Source: an uncultured Acidimicrobiaceae bacterium
GTDB taxonomy: Bacteria; Actinomycetota; Acidimicrobiia; Spongiisociales; UBA5794
Assembly (NCBI GenBank): GCA_964416425.1
Contig: CAYQEC010000002.1
Coordinates: forward strand, 102,701-166,700
DNA length: 64,000 nt
Direction of reading: 5' to 3'
The notes under the pieces are model-generated. The model was not told the DNA's origin and made no database searches. It saw only the letters and a list, made by a program, of their open reading frames with translations. Position 1 is the stretch's first letter. Each line of letters opens with the position of its first letter. Positions 10,071 to 20,345 of the stretch are shown piece after piece. A program made the position numbers and the translations under genes.

Positions 10071-11510
10071 CTACCGCGCCGGGCCCTGCCTTTGGGGGTA
10101 CGCCGCCCGCTGCTCGAGGATCGCCTCGACCGCTCTGATGTCCCCCGGAGCGGTGCCGGCCGCCCGGGCGTAGCAGTACCCGGTGGGGAGGAAGAAGACC
10201 TGGAACACCGCCAGGCCCACCGCCCAGTTGAGCGGCGGCGGGAGGGCCCGCTCGAAACCGCCGGCAGCGGCCGCGGTCAGGGCGTTCCCGGCGGCCCGTC
10301 CCACGCCGTTCGAGAGGTTGCCGAGACCGAAGACGGTGCCGCGATGCTCCGGGAGGTTGACGTCCGAGACGAGGGCAAACCAGTTGGGGGAGTCGGCGGA
10401 GGTGAGCGCCAGGGCGAGCAGCGACGTGAAGAAGGCGGCCGCCACCCACGGGTTTGTCACCAGGGCGTGGAGGACCTCGGGCAGGAGCGTCGAAGTGCTC
10501 GCCCCGTTGGTGACCTCGAGGCCGTGCAGCGGGATGAAGAAGAAGACGAGGAAGAACGGGACCGCCCCGAGGATGCCGACCGCGCTGACGACGGCGCGGC
10601 CGCCTAGGGAGCGCCGCTGCATCCGGTCGCCGATCGCCCCGGCCAGGATCGAGAACAGGCCGCCGAGGCGGAGGATCGCCGCCATGAGGCCCCCGACCCG
10701 GGTGGCGGTCTCGACGTCGTAGCCGAGTGCCGCCACCTTCTCCTGGTAGAGCAGCGGGACCCAGATGAGCGACCCGTAGGCGAACTGGGCGCTGAGGCCC
10801 TGGGCGATGAGCCACACGTTGGTGCGACGCCGGAACAAATCGGGGATCTGGCCGGCGTCGATGCGGTGCTCGTAGGGATCCCCCGCCTCGTGCATCGCCC
10901 GCAGCGCCGGTTCCCGGAAGCCGCGGGGCGCGGAGAAGGTGAACAGGTAGAGCACCGCGAACCCGACACCGAGCAGGGCGATGAGGCGCAACGGGGCCCC
11001 GAAGTCCTCGGCGCCGAGCTGGCTCGCCACCAAGCCTCCGGCGACGGTGCCCAGGCCTTCGGCGAGACCCCAGAAGCTCATCGCCACACCCCGGTGCCGC
11101 GGTGAGACGAAATCGCTGATCACCGAGAAGCCGACCGAGGCGATCGCCCCCAGCCCCACGGCGGTGAGGACCTGCCATCCGAACAGCTCGCGATACCGGT
11201 CGGCGCCGGCGCTGAGATAGGCGCCCAGCGCCCACAGCAGGGTGCCGGCGAACAGCAGGCGCTTGCGGTCGGAGCGGTCCCCCCAGTACCCCCAGGCGAC
11301 GGCGGTGAGGGCCGCCAGCAGGATCACGGTGGCCGTCATCACCCCGATGGCGGTCTCCGAGGTGTGGAGCGCCTCCGTCACCGGCAGCACCATCTGGGGG
11401 ATGGCGGCGATGGCGGCGTTGTCGAGGGACGCCAGCGTCACGAATACCACGATGGTGACGACCAGGTGGAAGCGCCCGCCCCACCAGTTCGGACGCCTGC
11501 GGCCCGTCAT
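10071..11510 (-). CDS. MFS transporter
   Basis: 479 aa, 12-14 TM; ...GYWGDRSDRKRLLFAG... matches the MFS loop 2-3 motif. Confidence 0.85.
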   Translation of the reverse strand: MTGRRRPNWWGGRFHLVVTIVVFVTLASLDNAAIAAIPQMVLPVTEALHTSETAIGVMTATVILLAALTAVAWGYWGDRSDRKRLLFAGTLLWALGAYLSAGADRYRELFGWQVLTAVGLGAIASVGFSVISDFVSPRHRGVAMSFWGLAEGLGTVAGGLVASQLGAEDFGAPLRLIALLGVGFAVLYLFTFSAPRGFREPALRAMHEAGDPYEHRIDAGQIPDLFRRRTNVWLIAQGLSAQFAYGSLIWVPLLYQEKVAALGYDVETATRVGGLMAAILRLGGLFSILAGAIGDRMQRRSLGGRAVVSAVGILGAVPFFLVFFFIPLHGLEVTNGASTSTLLPEVLHALVTNPWVAAAFFTSLLALALTSADSPNWFALVSDVNLPEHRGTVFGLGNLSNGVGRAAGNALTAAAAGGFERALPPPLNWAVGLAVFQVFFLPTGYCYARAAGTAPGDIRAVEAILEQRAAYPQRQGPAR

Positions 11511-11556
11511 GAGGCGGCATTCTCGCGGGTCGCCCCGCCGCCTCGCACCCGGCCGC

Positions 11557-11991
11557 TCATGACGGGAAGCGTCCCGCCAGGCGGTCCAGGTTCCTCCGCC
11601 ACACCACGGTGAGCACCCGGGCGCCGACCAGGGCTCCGAGGCGGCCCCCCAGGTACCACGGGAATCGCAGCTCCTCCCGCCAGGTGAACCGGGTGGCCCC
11701 GCCCTCCTCCTCGAGGACGAACTCGCCGCTCCCGGTCACCAGCCCGACGTGGTGAATCGCCATGCGGTTGGGCGGGTCCCAGGCGACGAACTCCATGACG
11801 TCGGCGAGCCGGAACGGGCCGATCCTCGTCGCCACCTCCAGGCGGGTTCCGACGCCGCGGCGCTGCGCGGTGAGGAAGGTGATGCGTTCGGCGTCTGCCA
11901 TCCATTCGACATGGGATTCGAGTGCCGCGAGGTCGGCCCAGACACCGGCGACGGGGGCGGCGATGAGCCGGCTCACCTCGACGCGAGCCAT
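11557..11991 (-). CDS. SRPBCC family protein (about 144 aa)
   Basis: Internal start MARVEVSRLIAAPVAGVWADLAALESHVEWM... is the classic SRPBCC start; the longer N-terminus in the listed ORF is unlikely to be real. Confidence 0.65.
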   Translation of the reverse strand: MARVEVSRLIAAPVAGVWADLAALESHVEWMADAERITFLTAQRRGVGTRLEVATRIGPFRLADVMEFVAWDPPNRMAIHHVGLVTGSGEFVLEEEGGATRFTWREELRFPWYLGGRLGALVGARVLTVVWRRNLDRLAGRFPS

Positions 11992-12180
11992 CGCCACCTC
12001 GCCTCGCCGCGGACCGGAGCCGGGCCGGTCTCCCCATGGCGCCGGGCGGGAGCAGACCGCACTGCTGAGAAGTCCTCCCACATGTCCGGTGCGAGACTAC
12101 CGGCCGGAACGGCTCCCCGGAGGACGTCCACGGTCTCACCGCGGCGCCGGCATAGAATCGCTGGGAGGAATCGGAGGAAA

Positions 12181-13075
12181 GTCGTTGGAGGAGCCAGCCG
12201 AGCATTACGCGTCCCTGCGGGAGCGCGTCATGGGGGAACGCGGGGTCATCATGGTGGTCGGCGGCGCCGACACCGGGAAGACGACCATGTCCCGCTACCT
12301 GCTGGAGGGCGCCCTCGACGAGGGAATGTCCGTTGCCTTCATCGACGCCGACGTGGGTGTGTCGACCGTGGGCCCTCCCGCCTGTGTCGGGCTCCGCTGG
12401 GTGCGGAGCCGCGACGACCTGGCCAATTTGGGTGACGCCGACGAGCTGCGCTTCGTCGGATCCACCCAACCCCAAGGGGTGGTGCTGCCCCACGTGGTGT
12501 CGACGGCGACCCTGGTCGACATCGCCCGCCAGGAAGCCGACTTCATCGTGCTCGACACAACCAGCGTCGTCTCCGGCGTGCTGGGGCAGACGCTCAAGTA
12601 CCACCTGATGGAGGTGTGCGCCCCCACGCTGGTGATCGTCATGCAGCGGGGCGAGGAGATGGAGCCGATCATCGGCATGCTGCGCCGCTTCCTGTCGGCC
12701 CGGATCGCCAAGGCGGCCCCGCCCCCCGACCTGGTCCCGGCCAGTCCCGTGGAGCGGAGGGCCCGCCGCATCGCCTCGTTCCGCAAGGCGCTGGAGCCGC
12801 CGCTGCAGCGCTGGAGGGTCCACACCTCGGTCTTCGCCCCGACGCTGCCGGAGGGGTTCGACGTCTCCCGTCTCGCCGGGATGCTGGTCGGCGTCCAGGA
12901 TGGCGAGGGACGGTGCCTCGGCCTCGGCGCCCTCGAATACGACCAGGGCGTGGTCCGGGTCGCCACCCATTTCGGAGAGCAGATGAAGGGGCTCCGCCTC
13001 GGATCACTCCAGATCAACCTCGACACCTACGAGACCACCAGGGTCCGGCTGAGCGAGCTGATCTTCGGGTTCTGA
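12181..13075 (+). CDS. Clp1/Grc3-like P-loop NTPase (polynucleotide 5'-kinase family) homolog
   Basis: ...GVIMVVGGADTGKTTMSRYLLEG...VAFIDADVGVST... gives a Walker A GxxxxGKT and a D-x-D motif as in the Clp1 P-loop domain. Start assigned to TTG at ~12181 after GGAGGA. The upstream part of ORF 11762..13075 overlaps the convergent SRPBCC gene. Confidence 0.55.
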
Positions 13076-13485
13076 CCCCACCCATCACGGGCGGGTGGCC
13101 GGAGGACGTGGCAAAGCCCAAGGAACCTCCGCAGCCTGTCCCCGCACTTCCCCGAACGAGGTCTGGTTGCTCGAGCCCCTTGGGCTTTACCGTTTCGACC
13201 TTACGAAGACGGAGCGCACGATTCAAGTGCGTCGTTGGGGCCGATTCCACCCCGGATCCTCACTCCCAGATCGGGGTTGGCGCGCCAATTGCGGCTACTT
13301 CCCGCTCAAGCCGGCGGCTTCTCCACATATCCACAGCAATCCACAGGGTCTTGTGCACAACGGCGTGTCGACAAGTCCGGCACCGCGTTTTTTCGCGCCC
13401 GCCGCGGTCGTGTCGAATCGTGTGCCGATCCGGTGGGAACGCTTCAGGCGGGACCCCTGAAATGGGCCATCCGGGCCGGACGAGA

Positions 13486-14721
13486 TCACCGGGCGGTGAT
13501 GCCGTAGTACAGCTCGATGAGGTGGTCGACCGTCTTCGCCCAGGAGAAGCGGTCGGTGAACTCGACCCCACCCCGAGCGAGTTTGGTGGCGAGGCCGGGG
13601 TCACCCAGCACCCGTGTGAGCGCCTCGGTGTAGGCGGCCGGCTCGTGGCCGTCGACCAGGAAGCCGGAGCGCCCGTCCTCGACGGCGAAGCGGAGCCCGC
13701 CCACCGCAGCGGCGACCACCGGCAGCCCGCATGCCTGGGCCTCGGCCGCCACCAGCCCGAACGACTCACTGCGGGACGACATGACGAGGACATCGGCGCC
13801 CTGATAGAAGCGCGCCAGCTGCTCGTGGGGTTGCGGTGGGAGGAAATGGACCCGGTCGGCGACGCCGAGCACGGAGGCGAGCTCACGGAGCCGGGTCAGC
13901 TCGGGTCCCCCGTCCGGGCCACTGGGGCCGCCGACCACCACCAGATGAGGTGGCCGGAACGTTGCCGACTCCGGGATGGCGGCACAGGCCGCGATGGCGA
14001 TGTCGACCCCTTTCAGCGGCTGGATCCGCCCGACGAAGAGCACGACCGGGTCGTCACCCAGGTAGTCGTGGAGACCGGTCCAGACCCGGGCGGCGCGCCG
14101 CTCTCCCGGCCGGAAGACCGCGTGGTCGATGCCGGGAGGCGAGGTGCAGAGTCGCTCCGGACTGGCGCCGTAGTGCTCGAGTAGGTCGTCGTATTCGGCC
14201 GGGGTCGAGGCGATGACGCAGTTGGAGCGGGCGATGACCTCCTGCTCGGCCACGGTGCGGATCAGCCCGGCGCCGGGCTCGCCGGGCCGGCGATTCAGGT
14301 CCTTGATCCGCCCCAGAGTGTGGAACGAGTTGGCGAGCGGCAGCCCGAGGCGTTCCTTGAGGATCACCCCCGACCAGCCCGAGAGCCAGTAGTGGCTGTG
14401 GAGCAGGTCGAACGTGAGGCCGTTGGCGTCGATCCAGCCGAGCGTCTCTTCGGTGAAGTCGCCGACCAGGCCCGGCATCTGGCGCATCGGCACCGGTGCC
14501 GCCGGTCCGGCGGTGACGTGGACCACCCGGTAGCCGGGCTGCACGTGGACCACCTCGGGGTCGGATCCGGTGCGTCGGGTGAACACCACCACCTCGATGC
14601 CGCGCCCGGCGAGCGTCTTCGCCACCTCGTTGACGTACACGTTCATACCCCCGGCGTCGCCGATGCCGGGGAGCTGGACCGGGCAGGTGTGGAGCGACAG
14701 GAAGGCGACCCGGCTGATCAC
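13486..14721 (-). CDS. GT4 family glycosyltransferase, MshA-like (D-inositol-3-phosphate glycosyltransferase-type)
   Basis: MISRVAFLSLHTCP...GGMNVYVNEVAKTLAGRG...EAQACGLPVVA... matches the MshA/GT4 signature with the EX7E region. Confidence 0.8.
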   Translation of the reverse strand: MISRVAFLSLHTCPVQLPGIGDAGGMNVYVNEVAKTLAGRGIEVVVFTRRTGSDPEVVHVQPGYRVVHVTAGPAAPVPMRQMPGLVGDFTEETLGWIDANGLTFDLLHSHYWLSGWSGVILKERLGLPLANSFHTLGRIKDLNRRPGEPGAGLIRTVAEQEVIARSNCVIASTPAEYDDLLEHYGASPERLCTSPPGIDHAVFRPGERRAARVWTGLHDYLGDDPVVLFVGRIQPLKGVDIAIAACAAIPESATFRPPHLVVVGGPSGPDGGPELTRLRELASVLGVADRVHFLPPQPHEQLARFYQGADVLVMSSRSESFGLVAAEAQACGLPVVAAAVGGLRFAVEDGRSGFLVDGHEPAAYTEALTRVLGDPGLATKLARGGVEFTDRFSWAKTVDHLIELYYGITAR

Positions 14722-15667
14722 GCCCCACCCCCGAACGCCCCGGTGATGCGGTAGAGCGGGCGGGGACGCGCCCCGAGCCGGAACTTGTAGGGCTCACTGC
14801 CCTTGAGGAAGTCGAACCGTGGCAGTCCGCGCCGGATGGCGTGCTCGATCAGCAGGTTCACCAGCACGATCCCCGGCGAGGCGGTGGCCGCCTCCGGCTC
14901 GAAGGCGGAGTTGTAGAGGTAGTACCCGGCGGCGTCCTCGAACCCGAACCCGGCGGCCACCGCCACCCCGTCCCCACCGCGGAGCACGTCGATGACCCCA
15001 CCGACGTCGTCGTGGAGGGCGGCGAAGAAACGGGCCCGGGCCGGCGACATGAACCCGCCCTTCTCCCCGTCGGCGCGACGGTGGATCGCGACGAAGGCCT
15101 CCACCGCCCCCGGTCCTTGCTCACGCTGCAGGCGCGGCGCGCCGCGGGCGGCCTCGAACCGTCGCCCTTTCCGCCGTACTTCGTGACGCTGCTTCTTGTC
15201 GAGGCCGGCCAGGTAACGGTCGGGGTCGTCGGGTAGGTCGAGCACCGCCGCCACTTCGTGCCGTTCCGGTTCGACCCGGCAGCCGGCCGCCGCCAAGCCG
15301 GCGGCGACGACGTCGGCCGCCTCGCGCGGCAGGCTGCCGAAACGGAAGGGGGTCCCGCCGGGCAGGGCGGCGGCGAGCTTCGCCACCGCCGCCGGGACCT
15401 GGTCTCCGAGCGGGCTGTGGTAGTCGGTGAGGTCGGGGTCACCGAGGAACTCGAGGCGGTCGGCGTGCCGGTACAGCGGCAGCAGCGCGTCGCCGGCGTC
15501 GGCCAGCAAGAGTTCGGCGCCGGCAGGGCGGCAGTACTCCCACCAGGCGCGAAGGAAGGCGCGCCGCGGGAACGGACCGGTGTGTGAGGCCACCGGGTCC
15601 AGTTCGAAGGCGGGGGTCGCCCAGTCGTCGTGAACGTGCATGCCCTTCCCCGTGCGGTTCGTGGTCA
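14718..15667 (-). CDS. GNAT-type acyltransferase (FemAB/CelD-like Acetyltransf_6 family)
   Basis: MTTNRTGKGMHVHDDWATPAFELDP...; C-terminal ...YYLYNSAFEPEAATASPGIVLVNLLIEHAIRRGLPRFDFLKG... is typical of the BioF2-like/CelD GNAT family. 4-nt overlap with the downstream GT4 gene. Confidence 0.65.
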
Positions 15668-16609
15668 TTCCCCCGGCTCCGGTCCGAGCGAGCCGACGAC
15701 GACGCCGCCGCCCCAGACCGGGGGCCGGGCGACGTCGCACAGGGAGTCCCACGCCACCTGTGGCAACAACTCGAGGCACCGGATTGCTTCCATCAACGCC
15801 GCCAGCGCCACCGACGCCGATCCCTCGTGGCTTTTGGCGGCGACGCCGATCCCGTGTCGCCCGGCGGCGACGAGACCGGCCGCTCCTACCTTGACCGGCC
15901 CACCCCACCAGGCGCCGAGCCGCCCGTCGCCGCGCAGGTTGTCGGCGACCAGGGCGGGGTAGCGGTGCATGGCGGTGGCGGCGGCGGCGAAGCGCCGGTC
16001 CTCCGTGAGCCGGGCGAACGCCCGTGCCAGGCCCCGGATCGATCCCCGCAGGGTGGGAGCGCCGCAGCCGTCGACACCGGCCGGTTCGGGATCGACGCCG
16101 GTCACGTCGGCGACCACCTCGCGCACCTGTCGTTGCAGCGGATGATTCGGATTGAGGTAGCTCTCCTCCGGCCACCCGGCGGCGCGACAGGCCCGGAGCC
16201 AGGCGGCGTGCTTGCCGGAGCAGTTGTGAAACAGCGGGCGGGGCGCCCGGTGACCGCGGGCAACCAGGATGTCACGGGCGGCGTCGCTCAGTGGCCAGGC
16301 CGGTGGGCAGCGCAAGGCGGCTGTGGTGAGTCCGACGCCGCCCAGGATCGAGGAAACGAGGGCGAGGTGGGCCGGGAACCCCGAATGGCTGGCACAGGCC
16401 AGCGCCATCTGCTCGGGGGCGAGACCGGCCCCGGCCTCATCGGCGACGGTGGCTTGGAAGGGCTTGATCGCTGACCGGTAGAAGAGCGGGAGGTCGGGTT
16501 CACCCCACACCGCCAGGACCCGGCCGGAGGAGTCGGCGGCGACGGCGCTGGCGACGTGGAACGCTTCGGCGAGTCCGGATCGAACCGTGCGGATGCGGAG
16601 CGGGGGCAC
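15665..16609 (-). CDS. asparaginase II (Asparaginase_II, PF06089-like) family protein
   Basis: ...CASHSGFPAHLALVSS...HNCSGKHAAWLRAC... are conserved motifs of the Rhizobium-type asparaginase family. Confidence 0.65.
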   Translation of the reverse strand: MPPLRIRTVRSGLAEAFHVASAVAADSSGRVLAVWGEPDLPLFYRSAIKPFQATVADEAGAGLAPEQMALACASHSGFPAHLALVSSILGGVGLTTAALRCPPAWPLSDAARDILVARGHRAPRPLFHNCSGKHAAWLRACRAAGWPEESYLNPNHPLQRQVREVVADVTGVDPEPAGVDGCGAPTLRGSIRGLARAFARLTEDRRFAAAATAMHRYPALVADNLRGDGRLGAWWGGPVKVGAAGLVAAGRHGIGVAAKSHEGSASVALAALMEAIRCLELLPQVAWDSLCDVARPPVWGGGVVVGSLGPEPGE

Positions 16610-17128
16610 TCAGCTCGGCTGCAACAGCTCGTCGACGGTGGCGAGGCCCTCCCGGTACCGCCGGATCAGCTCGGCATGGATCAGCTCATGTGCTTCGTAG
16701 ACGCCGCGGCGTTGCCGGGAGACTTCGCTCTCGATCTCGGTCAGGGCCGCCTGGATGTCCTCCAGCTCGGCGTCGTCGATGCCGGGGAGGTGGGTGAGGA
16801 AATCGTCGCCGAGCACCCGATCGACCGAGCGGCGTCCCGTTGCGGGTGGCTGCGGCGGATCGATGGGCAGCGCCTTGGGGAGGGTGCTGCGCTGCCCGCC
16901 GTCGTCGGCGTCGCTCCCGGTCAGGATCTCCGGCAGCGCCTCGATCAGGCTGCGCTCTTCCTCGCCGGCCCGGCGCCGCATCTCGAAGGCGAGCAGGTCC
17001 ATGCGTCCGTGGAGGAGGCGCCGGTAGTAGGAGAGTTCGGTATCCAGCTCGTCACACAGCTTGCGGCGTTTGCGCAGCTCGTCGAGCGGCACGGTCTCGA
17101 CGTCGGCGACGAAGTCCGGGTCGAGCAC
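16610..17128 (-). CDS. acidic coiled-coil protein, RsiG-like (possible c-di-GMP-binding anti-sigma factor homolog)
   Basis: 172 aa, no TM. Two helices carry near-matches to the RsiG E(X)3S(X)2R(X)3Q(X)3D motif: DTELSYYRRLLHGRMD and ESEVSRQRRGVYEAHE. Confidence 0.45.
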   Translation of the reverse strand: MLDPDFVADVETVPLDELRKRRKLCDELDTELSYYRRLLHGRMDLLAFEMRRRAGEEERSLIEALPEILTGSDADDGGQRSTLPKALPIDPPQPPATGRRSVDRVLGDDFLTHLPGIDDAELEDIQAALTEIESEVSRQRRGVYEAHELIHAELIRRYREGLATVDELLQPS

Positions 17129-17200
17129 GATGTCGATGCGCCTGCGTTGGTGGTTCAGAGCCGATCCTTTCTGTGCCAGGCCGAGGCTACCAAGGAACCG

Positions 17201-18297
17201 TCACGGACACGCCGCCCGCAGGGTCGGGTACGGGTTCACCGGAGCACCGCCTCCGGGGTGGAGCTGGAAATGGAGGTGGGTCGCGCCGCCGATGGCGTTC
17301 CCGGTGTTGCCGACGTAGCCGAGCACGGTGCCCTTGGCGACGCGTTGGCCGGTGGCGATCCCAGGCGCATAACCGTCGAGGTGGGCGTAGTAGTAGGTGG
17401 CCTCGGCCCCCACCAGGAAGGCGGTGATGCCACCGAGGCTGTTGCTCTTGAGCCGCACGGTGCCGGCGGTGACGGCGACCACCGGGGTGCCACGTGGAGC
17501 GAACAAGTCGTTGCCCTTGTGGGTACGGCCGCCGGAACGGGGGAATCCCCAGTCGTTGATGAAGCTGGCGCCACTCGTGATCGGGCAGATGAACCCGGGA
17601 ATGGAGCCTGCGGGGAGGCCGCCGGCGGCGCCGGCCTTGCGGGCGGCCTCGGCGACCTTGCGGGCCCGCTCCGCCGCCTCGTACTGGGCGAGCACGTCGG
17701 AGTAGTTGGCCTTGGCATCGGCGTAGGCCGCGGCCTGGGCCTGCCTGGCCTCGTCGAGGCGCCCGACGTTGGCCTCGGCCTGGGCGCTCAGTTCCGCCAC
17801 CTCGGCCTCGTTGGCCTTCAACTCCTCTTTGCGGCGATCGAGATCCTGTTGCAGCGCCTCGAGACGGTCGAGCGTCACGAGGTTGGCGTCGGTGGCCCGC
17901 TCGATGAGCACCTGGCGGGTCAGGATGTCCTGGATGGATCCGGCGTCCATGGCGAGGTCGAGGATGCCGGTGCCCCCGTTGATGTAGGCCTCGACGACGA
18001 GATCCTGGGCGAGCTGCTTGAGATCCCGCACCTCGGCTTCGTCCTGCTTGATGCGGTCGACCATGCGGGTGATGCGATAGGTGAGGTCCTCGAGCCGGGC
18101 GTTGATGTCCTGGAATTCGGCCAGGGCCGCCTCCAGGTCGGCATCGGCGTCGGCGAGCTTCTGGTAGGCGGCGTCCCGTTCGGTCTTCGCCTGGTCGACC
18201 TGGCTCTTGGTCTGCGCGGTCGCCCCCACCGGCGTTACCGCGAGCAGGGCGAGGATCAACAGCGGGGTGAGCGCACGAATACGGCGCGTACATCGCA
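17201..18297 (-). CDS. M23 family metallopeptidase with N-terminal coiled-coil (EnvC-like)
   Basis: Signal peptide MRCTRRIRALTPLLILALLAVTPVGATA; long coiled coil; C-terminal ...HKGNDLFAPRGTPVVAVTAGTV...YYYAHLDG...GNTGNAIGGATHLHFQL is the M23 (LytM) HxxxD/HxH signature. Confidence 0.8.
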
Positions 18298-18401
18298 TGG
18301 CGGGAATCGAGGATAGCCCTTTCCCGGAAGCTGAGCGCATCCGCTGGATGTTTCGCCGTACTGGCGAGTGTGCTCCCGGGGCCACCCGCCCGAGGCGGCC
18401 C

Positions 18402-19328
18402 TCACCCGTCCCGCGCCGGCGCGCCGGCCCCGGGACGCCGGGTGGCGACGATGCCGACCGTCACCAGCACGATTCCGGCGAGCTGGCCGGGTCCGGGCAC
18501 CTCCGCCAGGAAGATCCAGCCGAGGACGGCGATCTGGATCAGCATGGTGTTGTTGATGGCGACCGACTCGGTGGCGGTGAGGTGGCGGAGGGAGAGGTTC
18601 CAGAGCGTGAAGGCGAGGGCGGTGTTGACCACGGCCAGCCACAGCACGATCAGCAGCGCCCGCCCGGTGAGGTGGGGCCAGCCCTCGGTGACGAGGCCGG
18701 CGAGGAGCAGCGCCCCGGCCCCGACCGTCATCGACACCGTGGTGGTGACGAGGGGAATGGCGCCCTCCATGCGGTGGACCCGGCGACCGAGCAGCGCCGA
18801 GGCGGCGTTGGCGAGTAACCCGACGCCGGCGGCCACCATGCCGGCCACGGTGGCCCCGAGCGAACCGGCGAAGTAGAGGCCGGCCCCCACCGCCACCAGG
18901 GTGGCGCCGCCGACCTGGCGCCCGCTGGGGCGTTCCCCGAGGGAGCGTCCCGCCAGGCCGGCGACCACCAGCGGGGTGAGGGAGAGCACGAGGCTGGTGG
19001 TGGCGGCCGGCTGATGGGCGAGCGCTACGAATTGGGCTCCCTGGGTGACGGTGTAGAAGACGAGGCCGAGTGCCACCAGCTCGCCCCACCCGCGCCGCAG
19101 CGCCGACCGCATGCCGGCCCGTGCCGCCGGGCGGGACAGCACCGTGACCAGGAGCACCAGCGCCGCCGCGGCGTAGCGCAGCCCGGCGAACATGATCGGC
19201 TCGAGTCCCTCGTTGTCGAGCCCGAAGCGGATGATCACCCACGAGGAGCTCCACAGCACGGTGACGAGGAGAGCGAGCCAGGTGGCGCGCCGGCTGCTGC
19301 GGCGCTCCGCCCCGAGTCGCGGACCCAT
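18402..19328 (-). CDS. EamA/DMT family transporter
   Basis: 308 aa, 10 TM, duplicated EamA-type halves. Confidence 0.75.
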   Translation of the reverse strand: MGPRLGAERRSSRRATWLALLVTVLWSSSWVIIRFGLDNEGLEPIMFAGLRYAAAALVLLVTVLSRPAARAGMRSALRRGWGELVALGLVFYTVTQGAQFVALAHQPAATTSLVLSLTPLVVAGLAGRSLGERPSGRQVGGATLVAVGAGLYFAGSLGATVAGMVAAGVGLLANAASALLGRRVHRMEGAIPLVTTTVSMTVGAGALLLAGLVTEGWPHLTGRALLIVLWLAVVNTALAFTLWNLSLRHLTATESVAINNTMLIQIAVLGWIFLAEVPGPGQLAGIVLVTVGIVATRRPGAGAPARDG

Positions 19329-19352
19329 CGCGTCGCTCCCGAGCCCGGCTCG

Positions 19353-20345
19353 TCAGCCGAACAGCCAGATCGCCGCCCAGTAGGCGGCGGCGCCCAGTGT
19401 CGCCCCGTCGAACATCGTCAGCAGGCCGGGGGCTCGGGCGGTGTGCACCACCGAGCCGGTGCGGAGCAGCGACCCGAGCAGGCGGCCCGTGATGAGGCCG
19501 GCCGCCGCCGCCACCGCCGCCAGCAGCAGGTGCCCGACCGAGATCGTGTCGACCACGAGGCCCACGGCGAGCCCGGCGCCGAGCGCCCCGAGCAGGGTCG
19601 CCAGGTTGGGGTCGAGGCCGGCGATCTCGCCGCCGCTGCGATGCACCGCCCAGGCGGCGAGTCCTGCCACCGATGCGATGATGAGGAAGGCGCTCACCTC
19701 GGGCGCGCTGCGCATCCGCACCAGGGTGAGGCCCCCGGTGGCCATGGCCCCGGCGGCGCTCACCAGCACCGAGATCGTGGCCACCTCCAGGCTGCGGTGC
19801 CCGGAATCGACCACCGTCCACACCAGCGTCACCATCACCGCGACCGCCAGCCCGCCGGCGAACCCGGCGACGCCCCACCGGTAGGCGCCGTTGGCGGCGG
19901 CGGTGGCGCCGATCATGAGCGGGATCACGTTGAGGGTGGCTCCCCGCCGGTTGAGGGCCTCACTGGCGTCCCACAGCCACGCCAGGGCGGTGCCGACGGC
20001 GACGAACACGAACGTCTGGAGGTCGATGAGATTGGCGATGGCGACGGCGACCAGCAACGAGAGCACCAGACCGGCCTGGGTCAGGTCGCCTTCGGGCTGG
20101 GCCACCATCGCCCCACCAGACACCGGGGGGATGAGGGCGACCTCGTCGCCGGCGCCGATGCCGGTGGCGACGTTGGCCTGCTCGCCGTTGACCCAGATCT
20201 TGGCGGAATCCACTCCCAGGGTGAAGTCGGCGCCGAAGCGCTCCCCGGCCGTGGCGAGCACTTCACCCACCGTTGCCCCGTCGATCTCGACCTCCGCCGC
20301 CCCGGCGGCTTCCCGGAGGTTGGCGAAGAGCCGCAGGGTGGCCAT
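19353..20345 (-). CDS. MoaD/ThiS-like ubiquitin-fold domain (ending in GG) fused in frame to a 6-7 TM membrane domain
   Basis: N-terminus MATLRLFANLREAAGAAEVEIDG...GDEVALIPPVSGG is a canonical MoaD sequence with a terminal Gly-Gly, continuing without a stop into AMVAQPEG... and about 245 aa of hydrophobic helices. Confidence 0.6.
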   Translation of the reverse strand: MATLRLFANLREAAGAAEVEIDGATVGEVLATAGERFGADFTLGVDSAKIWVNGEQANVATGIGAGDEVALIPPVSGGAMVAQPEGDLTQAGLVLSLLVAVAIANLIDLQTFVFVAVGTALAWLWDASEALNRRGATLNVIPLMIGATAAANGAYRWGVAGFAGGLAVAVMVTLVWTVVDSGHRSLEVATISVLVSAAGAMATGGLTLVRMRSAPEVSAFLIIASVAGLAAWAVHRSGGEIAGLDPNLATLLGALGAGLAVGLVVDTISVGHLLLAAVAAAAGLITGRLLGSLLRTGSVVHTARAPGLLTMFDGATLGAAAYWAAIWLFG

